The position numbers and the translations under genes were made by a program. Below are positions 29,542-39,491 of a stretch of DNA of 46,760 bases, in pieces (the first letter of the stretch is position 1; the number at the start of each line of letters is the position of its first letter). Source of the DNA: Methanotrichaceae archaeon (GTDB taxonomy: Archaea; Halobacteriota; Methanosarcinia; Methanotrichales; Methanotrichaceae); NCBI GenBank assembly GCA_963803145.1, contig CAWDLW010000045.1, positions 1-46,760 on the forward strand, read 5' to 3'. Under the pieces are notes generated by a model. That model did not search any database and had not been told where the DNA came from. It saw only the letters and a program-made list of their open reading frames with translations.

Positions 29542-32500
29542 GAGCCCTAACCTGGAGCAGCGATATGGCTCTGCTCATTGAGGCGTCCAATGATCTGGAT
29601 ATAGATCTGTATATCAGATCTGTACAGGATCTTGAGCAGGTCGGAGGGTTGGATAACTGCCTGAATGCGTTGGAAAATGTTGAGGCCATCCTCATTCACC
29701 CCACACAACAGGAGGAGTACTTCCAGCAGATCAGCGATAGGTTCGGAGGGTGGCTTCCGATAATCTCCTTCGGACATGATCAGGCTCTCTGGTCTTTCTC
29801 CAATGTTTCGGCTAGGATAGTGGCGACGATCAATGCTTACGTCGTCTACGGCGGCTTGGAGAACACTCGAAATTTGTTAAGGTATCTGGGAAAGGAGGTT
29901 CTGGGCCAGGACTATGAATACGAGCCGCCGAAGGAAATATTGTGGCAGGGGCTTTACCATCCCGATGCTCCAGAGGCTTTCCAGGCCGTGGAGGACTACC
30001 TGGCATGGTATAAGCCGGATCATGATCAAAGCATAGGAATTCTCTTCTTTAGGACATACTGGGCAAACGGGGATCTGGACATAGTGAACTCCTTGATCCG
30101 GGATCTGGAGACGGACTTCAACGTCATACCTGCCTTCTGTTTTGGCATGGGCGACAAGGAGCTGGGAGCAAAGTCGAGCGGCGAGGTTGTGATTGAGTAT
30201 TTCAAAGGAAGGGTGGATGCCATCATCAACCTCCAATCCCTGTTCCATGCGGGCTCTGTTGAAAGATCCGTCCAGGCTCTGAAGAAGCTGGATGTCCCAG
30301 TATTTCATCCTCTGACCATCTATCATAGATCAGAGGCCGAATGGCTGGAGGACATCCATGGCATGGGCGGCTATGACGTAGGATGGTCGGTGGCTATGCC
30401 CGAGTTCGAGGGCCTGATCGAGCCCATCATCGCTGGGGCTGCAGTCAAAGATCAGATCTGTGGATCTGAGTGTGAGCGCCATACAGGCATAAATGAAAGG
30501 ATGAATAAGATCGCCCGAAGGGTCAGAAGCTGGATGGCCCTAAGGAAAAAGCCTGTATCCGAGCGCAAGGTAGCCTTCATACTGCATAACAATCCTTGTG
30601 CATCTGTGGAGGCAACTGTGGGTGCCGGTGCCCATCTGGATACCTTAGAGAGCGTCGCCCGAATAATGAAGAGCATGGCCTCGGCCGGATACAACATTGA
30701 GAATATTCCTGCAAGCGGGAAGGATCTCATCGCCAATATATTAGACCACAAGGCCATATCGGAGTTCAGATGGACTCCGATCGAAGAGATAGTGAGCAAA
30801 GGCGGAGCGCTCGCCATGGTGTCCAGGAGTGATTACCAGACATGGTTCGATACCCTGTCGCAGCAGGCCCGAGACAGGATCTGCAATTCCTGGGGCAATC
30901 CGCCTGGCGAGGAAAAGGATGGCGTTCCTCCGGCCATGGTTTATCAGGATAAAATAGTGATCACAGGAGTCAGATATGGAAATGTCCTGGTCTGCGTCCA
31001 GCCCAAGAGAGGCTGCGCCGGGGCCAGATGCGACGGCCAGGTATGCAAGATCCTTCACGATCCTGAGGTTCCTCCAACCCATCAGTATCTTGCAACCTAC
31101 AAATACATAGAGCGCGACTTCGGGGCTGATATTCTGGTACATGTGGGCACCCACGGCAACCTGGAGTTCCTTCCAGGCAAATCCCTGGCGCTGTCTCAGG
31201 ATTGTTATCCCGACATAGCCATAGGAGACCTTCCACATCTGTACATCTACAACTCCGATAACCCACCGGAGGGGACGATCGCTAAGAGAAGGAGCTATGC
31301 AGTCCTTGTGGATCACATGCAGACGGTCATGACAGAGTCAGGGCTGTACGGCGACCTCAAAGAACTCGAGGACAAGATTGCCGAGTACAATCGCACCAAG
31401 GCATCGGATAAAGGACGGGCGCATGTCCTGGAGCACATCATCTTGGATTTGCTCAGGAAAGCCAAATTAAACGAGGATCTGAGCTTGGACAATGTGTCGA
31501 TCAAGGAATCTTCGTTCGATGATATTTTAGAGATTGCTCATAGTAAGATCTCCGAGATTTACAATACACAAATTCCTGAAGGCATGCATATCTTCGGCGA
31601 GGTGCCACAGGGCGAAAAGAGAACTGAGCTTATAAACTCCATTCTCAGGTATGATTCGGAGATGAGACGGCTGGTGGCCGGGTTGATGGGTACGGATCTG
31701 TCGGAATGTAAAGACATGGCGGACCTGGATATACTATCTAAGAAGCTTATATCTGCGTTCTTGGAAGGAATGGACCCATCTGAGGCTGCAAAGATGGTCT
31801 TTGGAGCCCGTCTCATAAAAATAGATAATGATGCCCTCAAAGCTATGAGGGATAAGGTAATTGACCTATCCGACAGGATCGAGGCTTCTGATGAGATTGG
31901 TTCCCTGCTCCACGGCTTTGATGGCGGATTTATAGGGCCGGGGCCATCCGGACTGATAACACGGGGAAAGCCTGAGGTTTTGCCCACAGGCAGGAATTTT
32001 TACTCGCTGGACCCATCAAATATTCCCACGGAGGCTGCCTGGAGAGTGGGACAAAAGCTAGCTGATAGCCTTATCAACAAGTACCGTGATGAGAAAGGCC
32101 GCTTGCCTGAGAATGTGGCCATGTTCTGGATGGCTAACGATATCATGTGGGCGGATGGGGAGCAGCTAGCCCAGATGATGTATCTCATAGGGGCGGAACC
32201 TCAGTGGAAAGGCGGAAAGGTTCGGGGATTCCGGATCATCCCCCTGGAAGAGATGGGAAGGCCTAGAATCGATATCACTGTGAGAGTCAGCGGAATCACC
32301 AGGGATTGCTTCCTCAACTGCATAGAGTACCTGGATGAGGCCATACGAGCAATCTCAAGCCTGGATGAGCCGGAGGATATGAACTATCTGAGGAAGCACT
32401 CCTTAGAGAGCGGAGAGCAGGCAAGGATATTTGCAAGCTTGCCGGGAACTTATGGAAACGGCGTCAACCTGGCGGTCTATGCCTCGGCCTGGAAGGAGGA

Positions 32501-33239
32501 GAAGGATCTATCGGATATATTCCTTCAGTGGAACAGCTATGCCTATGGGAAGGGCGTCTTTGGCCAAGAATCCAAAAGCGCTATGATCGGCCAGCTCAAA
32601 AGCGTGGATGTCACATTCAACAAGACGGTGACGGATGAGTATGATCTCTTTGGGTGCTGCTGCTACTTTGGGACTCATGGCGGCCTGACCAGTGCAGCCC
32701 GAGAATTATCTGGTCACGAGGTGGCCATCTATTACGGAGACACAAGGGATAGGGATAATGTAGGGATAAGGACACTGGCGGAAGAAGTCCGGAGAGTAGT
32801 GCGGACAAAGCTTCTCAATCCCAAGTGGATTGAGGGAATGAAGCAGCATGGCTACAAAGGCGCCAGCGATATCTCCAAGAGAGTTGGCCGGGTCTATGGA
32901 TGGGAGGCCACTACTAGCGAGGTGGATGACTGGATCTTCGATGACATAGCTAAGACTTTTATCCTTGATGAGGAGAACAGGAAATTTTTCGAAGAGAACA
33001 ACCCTTGGGCGATGGAGGAGATGGGAAGAAGGCTGCTTGAGGCCAACCAGCGGGGGCTATGGAAGGCAGACAAAGAGGTTCTTGAAGCCCTTAAGTCTGC
33101 TTATCTTGAGATCGAGGGCTGGATGGAGGAGAAGATAGGAGAGACGGGTGGCAGCTTCCAGGGCGGAGCGATAGATGTTGTAACTTTGAATGAGGCTAAG
33201 AGGTGGCGAGAGAATTTATCGAAGACCGACAAATCATGA
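29532..33239 (+). CDS. cobN: CobN/ChlH-family chelatase large subunit
   Basis: PEFEG, HVGTHGNLEFLPGK, LPTGRNFY, GRPRID, NPKWIEGMKQHGYKGA; 1235 aa. Confidence 0.93.
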   Translation: MRLGALTWSSDMALLIEASNDLDIDLYIRSVQDLEQVGGLDNCLNALENVEAILIHPTQQEEYFQQISDRFGGWLPIISFGHDQALWSFSNVSARIVATINAYVVYGGLENTRNLLRYLGKEVLGQDYEYEPPKEILWQGLYHPDAPEAFQAVEDYLAWYKPDHDQSIGILFFRTYWANGDLDIVNSLIRDLETDFNVIPAFCFGMGDKELGAKSSGEVVIEYFKGRVDAIINLQSLFHAGSVERSVQALKKLDVPVFHPLTIYHRSEAEWLEDIHGMGGYDVGWSVAMPEFEGLIEPIIAGAAVKDQICGSECERHTGINERMNKIARRVRSWMALRKKPVSERKVAFILHNNPCASVEATVGAGAHLDTLESVARIMKSMASAGYNIENIPASGKDLIANILDHKAISEFRWTPIEEIVSKGGALAMVSRSDYQTWFDTLSQQARDRICNSWGNPPGEEKDGVPPAMVYQDKIVITGVRYGNVLVCVQPKRGCAGARCDGQVCKILHDPEVPPTHQYLATYKYIERDFGADILVHVGTHGNLEFLPGKSLALSQDCYPDIAIGDLPHLYIYNSDNPPEGTIAKRRSYAVLVDHMQTVMTESGLYGDLKELEDKIAEYNRTKASDKGRAHVLEHIILDLLRKAKLNEDLSLDNVSIKESSFDDILEIAHSKISEIYNTQIPEGMHIFGEVPQGEKRTELINSILRYDSEMRRLVAGLMGTDLSECKDMADLDILSKKLISAFLEGMDPSEAAKMVFGARLIKIDNDALKAMRDKVIDLSDRIEASDEIGSLLHGFDGGFIGPGPSGLITRGKPEVLPTGRNFYSLDPSNIPTEAAWRVGQKLADSLINKYRDEKGRLPENVAMFWMANDIMWADGEQLAQMMYLIGAEPQWKGGKVRGFRIIPLEEMGRPRIDITVRVSGITRDCFLNCIEYLDEAIRAISSLDEPEDMNYLRKHSLESGEQARIFASLPGTYGNGVNLAVYASAWKEEKDLSDIFLQWNSYAYGKGVFGQESKSAMIGQLKSVDVTFNKTVTDEYDLFGCCCYFGTHGGLTSAARELSGHEVAIYYGDTRDRDNVGIRTLAEEVRRVVRTKLLNPKWIEGMKQHGYKGASDISKRVGRVYGWEATTSEVDDWIFDDIAKTFILDEENRKFFEENNPWAMEEMGRRLLEANQRGLWKADKEVLEALKSAYLEIEGWMEEKIGETGGSFQGGAIDVVTLNEAKRWRENLSKTDKS

Positions 33240-33399
33240 GTCATTTTGTATAAGGATGGCTGGGCAGTCCGGAAAACCTATTTTTACTCCAAAATTTTAA
33301 TTTTCATCACTGATAAAGCGGGTGTTTGCTTTCTGAATGACAATGAAGACAATTGAAAATGAGTTATGTCTGCTCCATTCCTCAGAATGTTTTGTTTTA

Positions 33400-33564
33400 G
33401 AGTAAAAGCATAAGAGGTGCGCCCTGACCAGGTCGCCAGAACCCAGGGCGACCCATGGCATTAGGCCAGGGCACATTGTTCATCCTAATCCAGCCACTTA
33501 TGGCTGTGAGCGCTGTAGATTTGGCCGGTCTAGGTAAAGGAGGTCATGAGGCCACTCGCTCACA
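33400..33564 (-). ncRNA. Candidate NikR-regulated anti-SD sRNA, copy A
   Basis: Stem TGTGAGCG/CGCTCACA enclosing CCTCCTTTACCT, followed by two more hairpins and a short T-tract; no ORF downstream. 3' end approximate. Confidence 0.7.
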
Positions 33565-33585
33565 ATGAGAGGATTCTCATACTTA

Positions 33586-33613
33586 GTATTAAATATTTCG
33601 ATAATAGTGTTAC
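33586..33613 (-). promoter_or_regulatory. NikR-type operator and TATA of sRNA copy A
   Basis: Minus strand GTAACA-N16-TAATAC overlapping TTTAATA. Confidence 0.7.
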
Positions 33614-33779
33614 TAACCGTCGTCTGATATCAATTACTATTTTGTTCTACCTTGAGATCATTCAGGACGAACGGCAACCGAGATGATAGCGTGCATGTAG
33701 AGAAGCTGGCCGAAAAAATGTTTGACATGGACGACTCGGAGCTTTTCAGCGCTGACTTAAGTTAACCAGGTGAGGGTCA

Positions 33780-33926
33780 TTGAGCCTTATAGATCTGAAG
33801 GAGATCTACACGGCATATGAGTGCGGTGACAAGCCCGTTATAAGGGCCCTATCCTTAAGCGTGGATAAAGGCGAACATCTTGTTATCGGCGGCCCAAACA
33901 GCGTCGGGAAGGCGACACTACTGTAG
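33780..33926 (+). pseudogene. Remnant N-terminus of a metal ABC transporter ATPase
   Basis: Manual translation MSLIDLKEIYTAYECGDKPVIRALSLSVDKGEHLVIGGPNSVGKATLL*; decayed Walker A; AGGTGA RBS upstream. Confidence 0.7.
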
Positions 33927-34041
33927 TCGATAACTAATAAATGATACGCAAAGAATTCCTTATAACAAAAAATCCGAAAAATATTAACTGATATTGAACG
34001 ATAATAGATAGTAAATATATAAACATCCATTATATTGTCGA

Positions 34042-34069
34042 GTAGCACAATTTTCGAAAGATTTATTAC
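34042..34069 (+). promoter_or_regulatory. NikR-type operator and TATA of sRNA copy B
   Basis: GTAGCA-N16-TATTAC overlapping TTTATTA. Confidence 0.7.
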
Positions 34070-34086
34070 TTAATGGGATTAATTCC

Positions 34087-34260
34087 GGCATGTGAGCGAT
34101 AAATCATGTAGGCCTCCTTTACCTCCATAAGATATAGCGCTCACTTGTCATTAAAACACTGAGGAAGATGAGTACCCTAACGTGAAATGTCTGCCCAAGC
34201 ACATTGGGCTTCAGCATTCGTGAACTCTGCAGGGGGACTCATCATCTTAAGTTCTTCAGG
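34087..34260 (+). ncRNA. Candidate NikR-regulated anti-SD sRNA, copy B
   Basis: Stem GTGAGCG (34092-34098) / CGCTCAC (34138-34144) enclosing GGCCTCCTTTACCTCC; second long hairpin 34159-34259. Ends approximate. Confidence 0.7.
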
Positions 34261-35114
34261 AGTCCCGTTACCCAATCAGAAGATAGAAGATAAAACCACA
34301 AGATTACGAAGTCTTGAACATATGAGGATTTGGATGCATATGCATCCGCAAGATTACAAGCCAGGAAGTTTCATATTGGTAAATCAATCCGAAGAACGTT
34401 GAGGGATGCCTATTAGACTCAAATATATCCTTATTTTGGTAGCTCTAACTGCGCTATGCATCTCCGCTTTTGGAAAGGAGTACACCCCAGATTATTGGTT
34501 ACAAAAAGGCGACCAATTTTTTAATAAGGGCTCTTATGACCTGGCCATCGATTGTTATAATAAATCAATCGAGCTTGATTCAAAGAACATATCCGCCTGG
34601 ATAAAGAAAGGCTCTACTCTTATCAATTTAGATAAAAACATCGAGGCCATACAAGCATATGATGCCGCTATTCAACTAAATCCTAAAATTCCGGAAGCAT
34701 GGCATGGAAAGGGCATGGCTCTTGCTAACCTAGGAAAATACAACGAATCCCTTAAAGCTTTAGACAAAGCCGTTGAGCTAAATCCAAAACCCATCGATGG
34801 TTGGTATAGCAAAGGTCTGGTTCTTGCAGGTCTTGGAAAATACAATGAAGCTGTAAACGCATATGATATGGTTATAAGTCAAGATCCAAAATCCATTAAT
34901 GGCTGGTACAACAAAGGATTGGTTCTTGCTAACTTGGGCAAATACAACGAGTCCATTAAGACTTTTGATCAGGCCATTGAATTAGATGTGAAATTCGCTC
35001 CGGCATGGTATAGCAAAGGCATGGTTCTCGCTAGCCTGGGAAGATATAACGAGTCTATTAACGCATTTAATAAGGCCATTGAAATAAATCCTATAGATGA
35101 ATCCTCTTGGACTA

Positions 35115-36197
35115 TAGTTAATCCACGTAATTTTTACCTCATAGATACCCTTAAATAATTAATATACGATATAGCCGTTCATGGGCAGGAAACCTGTAAT
35201 TGTAAGACATATCTCGAAGGTAGAATTAGATCAATTGTATAAAGATGAGAGAAACATAAGAATTAAAGAACGGCTACTAGCGATAATACATTTATACGAA
35301 GGAAAGAATGTATATATAGTAGCTGATATTCTTAAACGAAGTGAAAAGACAATAAAGAATTGGCTAAGCGATTGGAACAAACAAGGATATGATGGATTGA
35401 TACCACAGAATAGAAACGGCAAAGAACCAATGATATCTTTTGATGAATGGGATAAAATTATCGAAGAGATTGAGGACAAAGGAATGACTATAAAAGAGGT
35501 AATAAAATATGCAAAAGATACAAGAGGCGTAGAATATTCGTATAAAGGTGGTTGGAAGATTTTAAGATCAATAAAGAAAGTCAAATATGGTAAACCATAT
35601 ATTAGAAATAATAAGAGGCCTGTTAATGCAGAAAGTTTTCTAAAAAAAGGATAGATTCAGTAATAACAACAGTCAAAGAACCTATTATTGGATTCCTTGA
35701 TGAAAGCTCTTTGCAACAGCGACCTAATACACGCAGGGTTTTAAACACCCATATGCTAAATTATCAACCTGGAAAAGTTAGGTCTAGAACTGTTTTTGGG
35801 TTCATTGCATTGAATGGAAATGATGAAGTTATGGTCTCTCACTCATCCAAGAAAGAAGATTTAATGATCTTCGCCCAAAAATTGAGAAGTAACAATATTA
35901 TGAGACCAATATGTATTGTCCTAGATAATGCTAGAATACATCTAGCTAAGAAGTTTAGGGCATTAGCCCACGAACTTGATATCCATTTAATATATAACGT
36001 GCCATATTCCCCTGATTTAAATCCTATAGAGTTCGGTTGGAAGGATTTTAAAAGAGAGATATCAAAATATACTGATTTTGATGAAGCTATTGAGGATGCC
36101 CAAGATTGCGCTTTACAAATATTTTATTCCAATAAAGATGGATACTCTAAGTCTTGGATAAAGCAGTTTATAAGGTAAAAAGTTGGGAGAATGACTA
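35115..36197 (+). mobile_element. IS630-family insertion sequence
   Basis: TA duplication (35113-35114, 36198-36199), imperfect inverted repeats TAGTTAATCCACGTAATTTTTACCT / AGGTAAAAAGTTGGGAGAATGACTA, AT-rich. Confidence 0.92.
35181..36178 (+). CDS. IS630 transposase, two ORFs joined by -1 frameshift
   Basis: HTH ORF 35181-35654; slippery AAAAAAAG at 35642-35649; -1 frame gives FLDES, VLDNARIH, YSPDLNPIE (DDE). Confidence 0.88.
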
Positions 36198-37121
36198 TAA
36201 TAAAGGCGAATCACTCTATGCGATCGGTAAATATAACGAGTCCATTAAAGCATTCAACAAAGCTCTCGAAATAGAATCGAATGAAGCCAATACATGGGAC
36301 GACCTCGGCCACGCCCTAAGAATGTCAGGCAGATATGAGGACTCCCTTAATGCTTACAACAAGACAATTGAACTAGATCCTAAAAATAGCAATGCCTGGA
36401 ATGCGAAAGGCCTAATCCTCGCTAATCTGAGCAGGTATAACGAGTCTTCAAAGTGTTTCTATAGGGCGAGCGAGATAAATCCGCAGGAGTGGAGATTCTG
36501 GTACAACAATGGTCTTGTTCTCGTTAAAGCGAATAATCAGAGTGGCGTCGTCAATGCCTTTGATAAGGCAGCCAAGCTGAATCCTAAATGCGACGCTTGC
36601 TGGAATAATGAAGGCCTATCCTTAGCTAAACAAGGATTATACGATATGGCCATACAGGCATATGATGAAGCTATAAAAATAAACAGCCGATATTCGGATG
36701 CCTGGAACAACAAAGGCATTGCCCTAATACAATCCGATGAAGATTTTAATGGGTCAATCACATGCTTCAACAAAGCCATCGAGATAAATCCAAAAAGTGT
36801 AGAGGCCTGGGTCAATAAAAGCAACGCACTTAAAGCACTTGGCCGAAATGACGAAGCGGATGTTGCCTATTCCAATGCTAAAGAGCTGGGATATCCAGGA
36901 TAGCTTCGACTGCATCAAAGCTGCCTGCAATTAAGCTATGGCAAACCGGAAGAATGGCCGTGTGTCCGTTTGACCGAAGATCGAGGGTTGTAGCTCGTTA
37001 GCATGAAAGTCAACGAATTCACTTAGCAAAATAAAGTCAACCATTATAAGATTCTACAAATTCAGTTTATTTCAATAAAGTTTATTACTAAGTAACATCA
37101 TAATGAAGATCGCGATATAAT

Positions 37122-37544
37122 ATGGAACAAGAACTCACGAGAATCGGCGTTTCATTGCCAGAGAATCTGCTTGCGAATTTCGACAAGATAATTCTTCAGC
37201 GAGGCTACTCCTCACGTTCAGAGGGTATCAGAGATGCCATCAGAAACTATATAGTCACATATGAATGGATGAGCGATGTCCAAGGGGAACGTGTGGGCGT
37301 GATAACGATTGTCTATTCTCATTCGCAGCGCGGGCTGTTGGAAAACCTTACTGAAATTCAACATGAATTCGGCAGCACAATTCAGTCCAGCATGCACATT
37401 CATTTGGATCATGATAACTGTCTTGAGGTCATTGTTCTTAGAGGCGAGGGCCAGGACGTGAAAACAGCTGCAGAGAGAATGATGGCCTTGAAGGGCGTAA
37501 AGCATGTTAAGCTCACCACAACTTCGCTTGGAAAAGAACTCTAG
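37122..37544 (+). CDS. nikR: Nickel-responsive transcriptional regulator NikR
   Basis: RIGVSLP ribbon, [31 protein letters not shown] nickel site. Confidence 0.97.
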   Translation: MEQELTRIGVSLPENLLANFDKIILQRGYSSRSEGIRDAIRNYIVTYEWMSDVQGERVGVITIVYSHSQRGLLENLTEIQHEFGSTIQSSMHIHLDHDNCLEVIVLRGEGQDVKTAAERMMALKGVKHVKLTTTSLGKEL

Positions 37545-37855
37545 ACGTGTTCTCTTGCCGTAAAGCCCTCTGGACATAGGGGTTCATCCGTTTTGTCTTC
37601 GAATATTATTATCTCTTCGATTCGAAGCCCTTGGTTGGGCTTTGCTCATATACGAAGGAACTGATCTCCTTCTACATATGCCGATCGCCGGAAGCTCCTC
37701 CTTGGCGGTTGTACTATCCAAGATCAATAAGTCCTCTAAGTCCCTTCTAACCATAGGCGATATCCAATCGGAAAAAAAGAAGAATATTGAATTATTAGCT
37801 GCTATTGAAGCGCTTCGTTCGGTTATTGTCGGAAGTGATGAATAAAAAATATGTA

Positions 37856-38176
37856 CTAGTTTTTGGTGACTTTCTTGCCCACGAAGTAAAGAACGCCACC
37901 GCATACTATAACGCCAATCGCTGCTGAAAGAATGTAGGCTGTTGCTGACAATGTTCTCGAATCGCTATTTTCGCCGCCTGGAAATGCATAATCTGGCAGA
38001 GGTGCATTCCAAAGCCCTGAGAGCTTCTCCAGGCCATGGGGCACAAAGCCAACCTTATTCTTGATATCCTCCGATCCCCATTCGCCGAAGGTTTCACCGA
38101 CAGCTAGCAGGCCGAGAGGCGTTAAAATTATTAGCAATGCCATCCCAATAGCGAAGTTTCTTACCATTTTATCCAT
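37856..38176 (-). CDS. PDGLE-domain protein (NikN-like)
   Basis: LTPLGLLA.GETFGEWG, GLEKL, APLPDY; coupled to the upstream cbiM/nikM gene. Confidence 0.85.
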   Translation of the reverse strand: MDKMVRNFAIGMALLIILTPLGLLAVGETFGEWGSEDIKNKVGFVPHGLEKLSGLWNAPLPDYAFPGGENSDSRTLSATAYILSAAIGVIVCGGVLYFVGKKVTKN

Positions 38177-38904
38177 TATCTCACCTCAGGCAGTTGAAGC
38201 AAATTGGTCTTTTTCTTCGGGAATGTGGATTCTTCAACCTGCAGAATGGATGTATCTGTCTTCTGAATATATGCGAAGATCAGTGCAGTTACCAATGCCT
38301 CAAGGATGCTGAATCCCAGAGCATGCTCCAGAACCATTGTCGGCATAGTTACATTCAGGCCATAGGGCATATAGAGTGGGATACCATTGACGTCATGCTG
38401 AAGAATAGGCTGTATTCCTAATTCAAAGCCAGCAAAACCAGCAGCAATTGTAAGGGATACCCAGCCAGCAACGGCTGAGGCAAGTACTCTTCTCGATGAA
38501 GCTATGTCTGTGCTGCCGCTGAGAAACTTGTAGACATAATAGCCAACAAAGGGGATTACCACTCCCATATTGAAACAGTTGGCAGCAATAGCGGTTATTC
38601 CTCCATCTCCGAACACAAGCGCTTGCATCACCAAAGCAACTGACATGGCTATTACTGCTGTCCAAGGCCCAAGAACAATGCCAATTATTGCACCTCCAAC
38701 AGCATGGCCTGTGCTGCCTCCAGGAATCGGCATATTGAACATCATTATCACGAAGGAGAATGCAGATGCCAGGGCTAAGAGTGGAACCTGCTTGGACTTC
38801 AGCTCTGTGCCCAGCTTTTTTCCGGCATAATACCAGATAGGGATCATTATGATCCACATTGCTATGTAAGTGTATGGCCCTAGATAGCCATCAGGAATAT
38901 GCAT
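38176..38904 (-). CDS. nikM: Ni/Co ECF S component (NikM-type CbiM family)
   Basis: MHIPDGYL N-terminus (Ni-type), GGSTGHAVG, FGDGGITA. Confidence 0.85.
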   Translation of the reverse strand: MHIPDGYLGPYTYIAMWIIMIPIWYYAGKKLGTELKSKQVPLLALASAFSFVIMMFNMPIPGGSTGHAVGGAIIGIVLGPWTAVIAMSVALVMQALVFGDGGITAIAANCFNMGVVIPFVGYYVYKFLSGSTDIASSRRVLASAVAGWVSLTIAAGFAGFELGIQPILQHDVNGIPLYMPYGLNVTMPTMVLEHALGFSILEALVTALIFAYIQKTDTSILQVEESTFPKKKTNLLQLPEVR

Positions 38905-39150
38905 TATTTCACCAGGATATTGAGTACTCATTTAGTTATAAAAGGATATCGAATGGACATATCAAGTAAGAAATTTACGCGCTTTTTTGCTAAATACACA
39001 GGATATTTAATTAGTGGATCCGATCTAAATAAGCACAAATAAAAAAAGAATCAAAAGAAATAACATTAATTAGATATTCTTGCTACTAAATCTGTGTCGA
39101 TAACGGCCATATTATGCGAAGGAGACACTGACTCATATTAGTATGCTTTC

Positions 39151-39178
39151 GTAACACTTTATCCAAAGTGTTTATTAC
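39151..39178 (+). promoter_or_regulatory. NikR-type operator and TATA of sRNA copy C
   Basis: GTAACA-N16-TATTAC overlapping TTTATTA. Confidence 0.7.
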
Positions 39179-39200
39179 TAAGTGAGATAATGCTTTTGTG

Positions 39201-39335
39201 GTGAGTGAGGTGTTATCCAAATGCGGCCTCCTCTACCTGCATTTAGGCAGGTAACGGCTCACAACTCTAAGTCTGATGTATGGCATCAGTAGTATGCCAT
39301 GAGGCTCTCCGGTGGTTGGGAATTCCCTAGCACCA
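39201..39335 (+). ncRNA. Candidate NikR-regulated anti-SD sRNA, copy C
   Basis: GTGAGT/GCTCAC, GTTATC/GGTAAC and AAATGC/GCATTT stems around GGCCTCCTCTACCT; further hairpins 39280-39300 and 39311-39334. Confidence 0.7.
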
Positions 39336-39491
39336 AATGATTATTCAAAATGAACTTGTAGTTTAACATCTGTTTTATTACAAAATTCTTGAATAGTATG
39401 CTCTTAATATGACTTTTTTCATGATTTAGAGGATATCTTAAAATAATATGACAAATAAGTCGTACTATAGCATACGATATTCGAGGAGGGA

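Larger units (their letters stand above)
34406..36903 (+). pseudogene. Secreted TPR-repeat protein gene interrupted by IS630
   Basis: Removing 35115-36199 rejoins ...SSWT-NKGESL... in frame, giving a 470 aa TPR protein with signal peptide. Confidence 0.9.

Noticed and set aside
33924-33926. In-frame TAG as possible pyrrolysine readthrough
   Set aside because: Another stop follows within six codons and Walker A is decayed, so a pseudogene is more likely.
34187-34402. 71 aa ORF before the TPR gene
   Set aside because: Starts inside the hairpin of sRNA copy B, no recognisable RBS or protein features.
34490-36880. Recurring TA(C/T)AACGA(A/G)TC repeats about 102 nt apart, superficially CRISPR-like
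   Set aside because: They are the coding repeats of 34 aa TPR units; no identical repeats, spacers or cas genes.
37584-37904. Short ORFs between nikR and the PDGLE gene
   Set aside because: No family signal; could be a remnant but I cannot support it.
39060-39086. ATAACA-N15-TGCTAC as another NikR box upstream of nikM
   Set aside because: Spacer one base short and not overlapping an evident TATA box.
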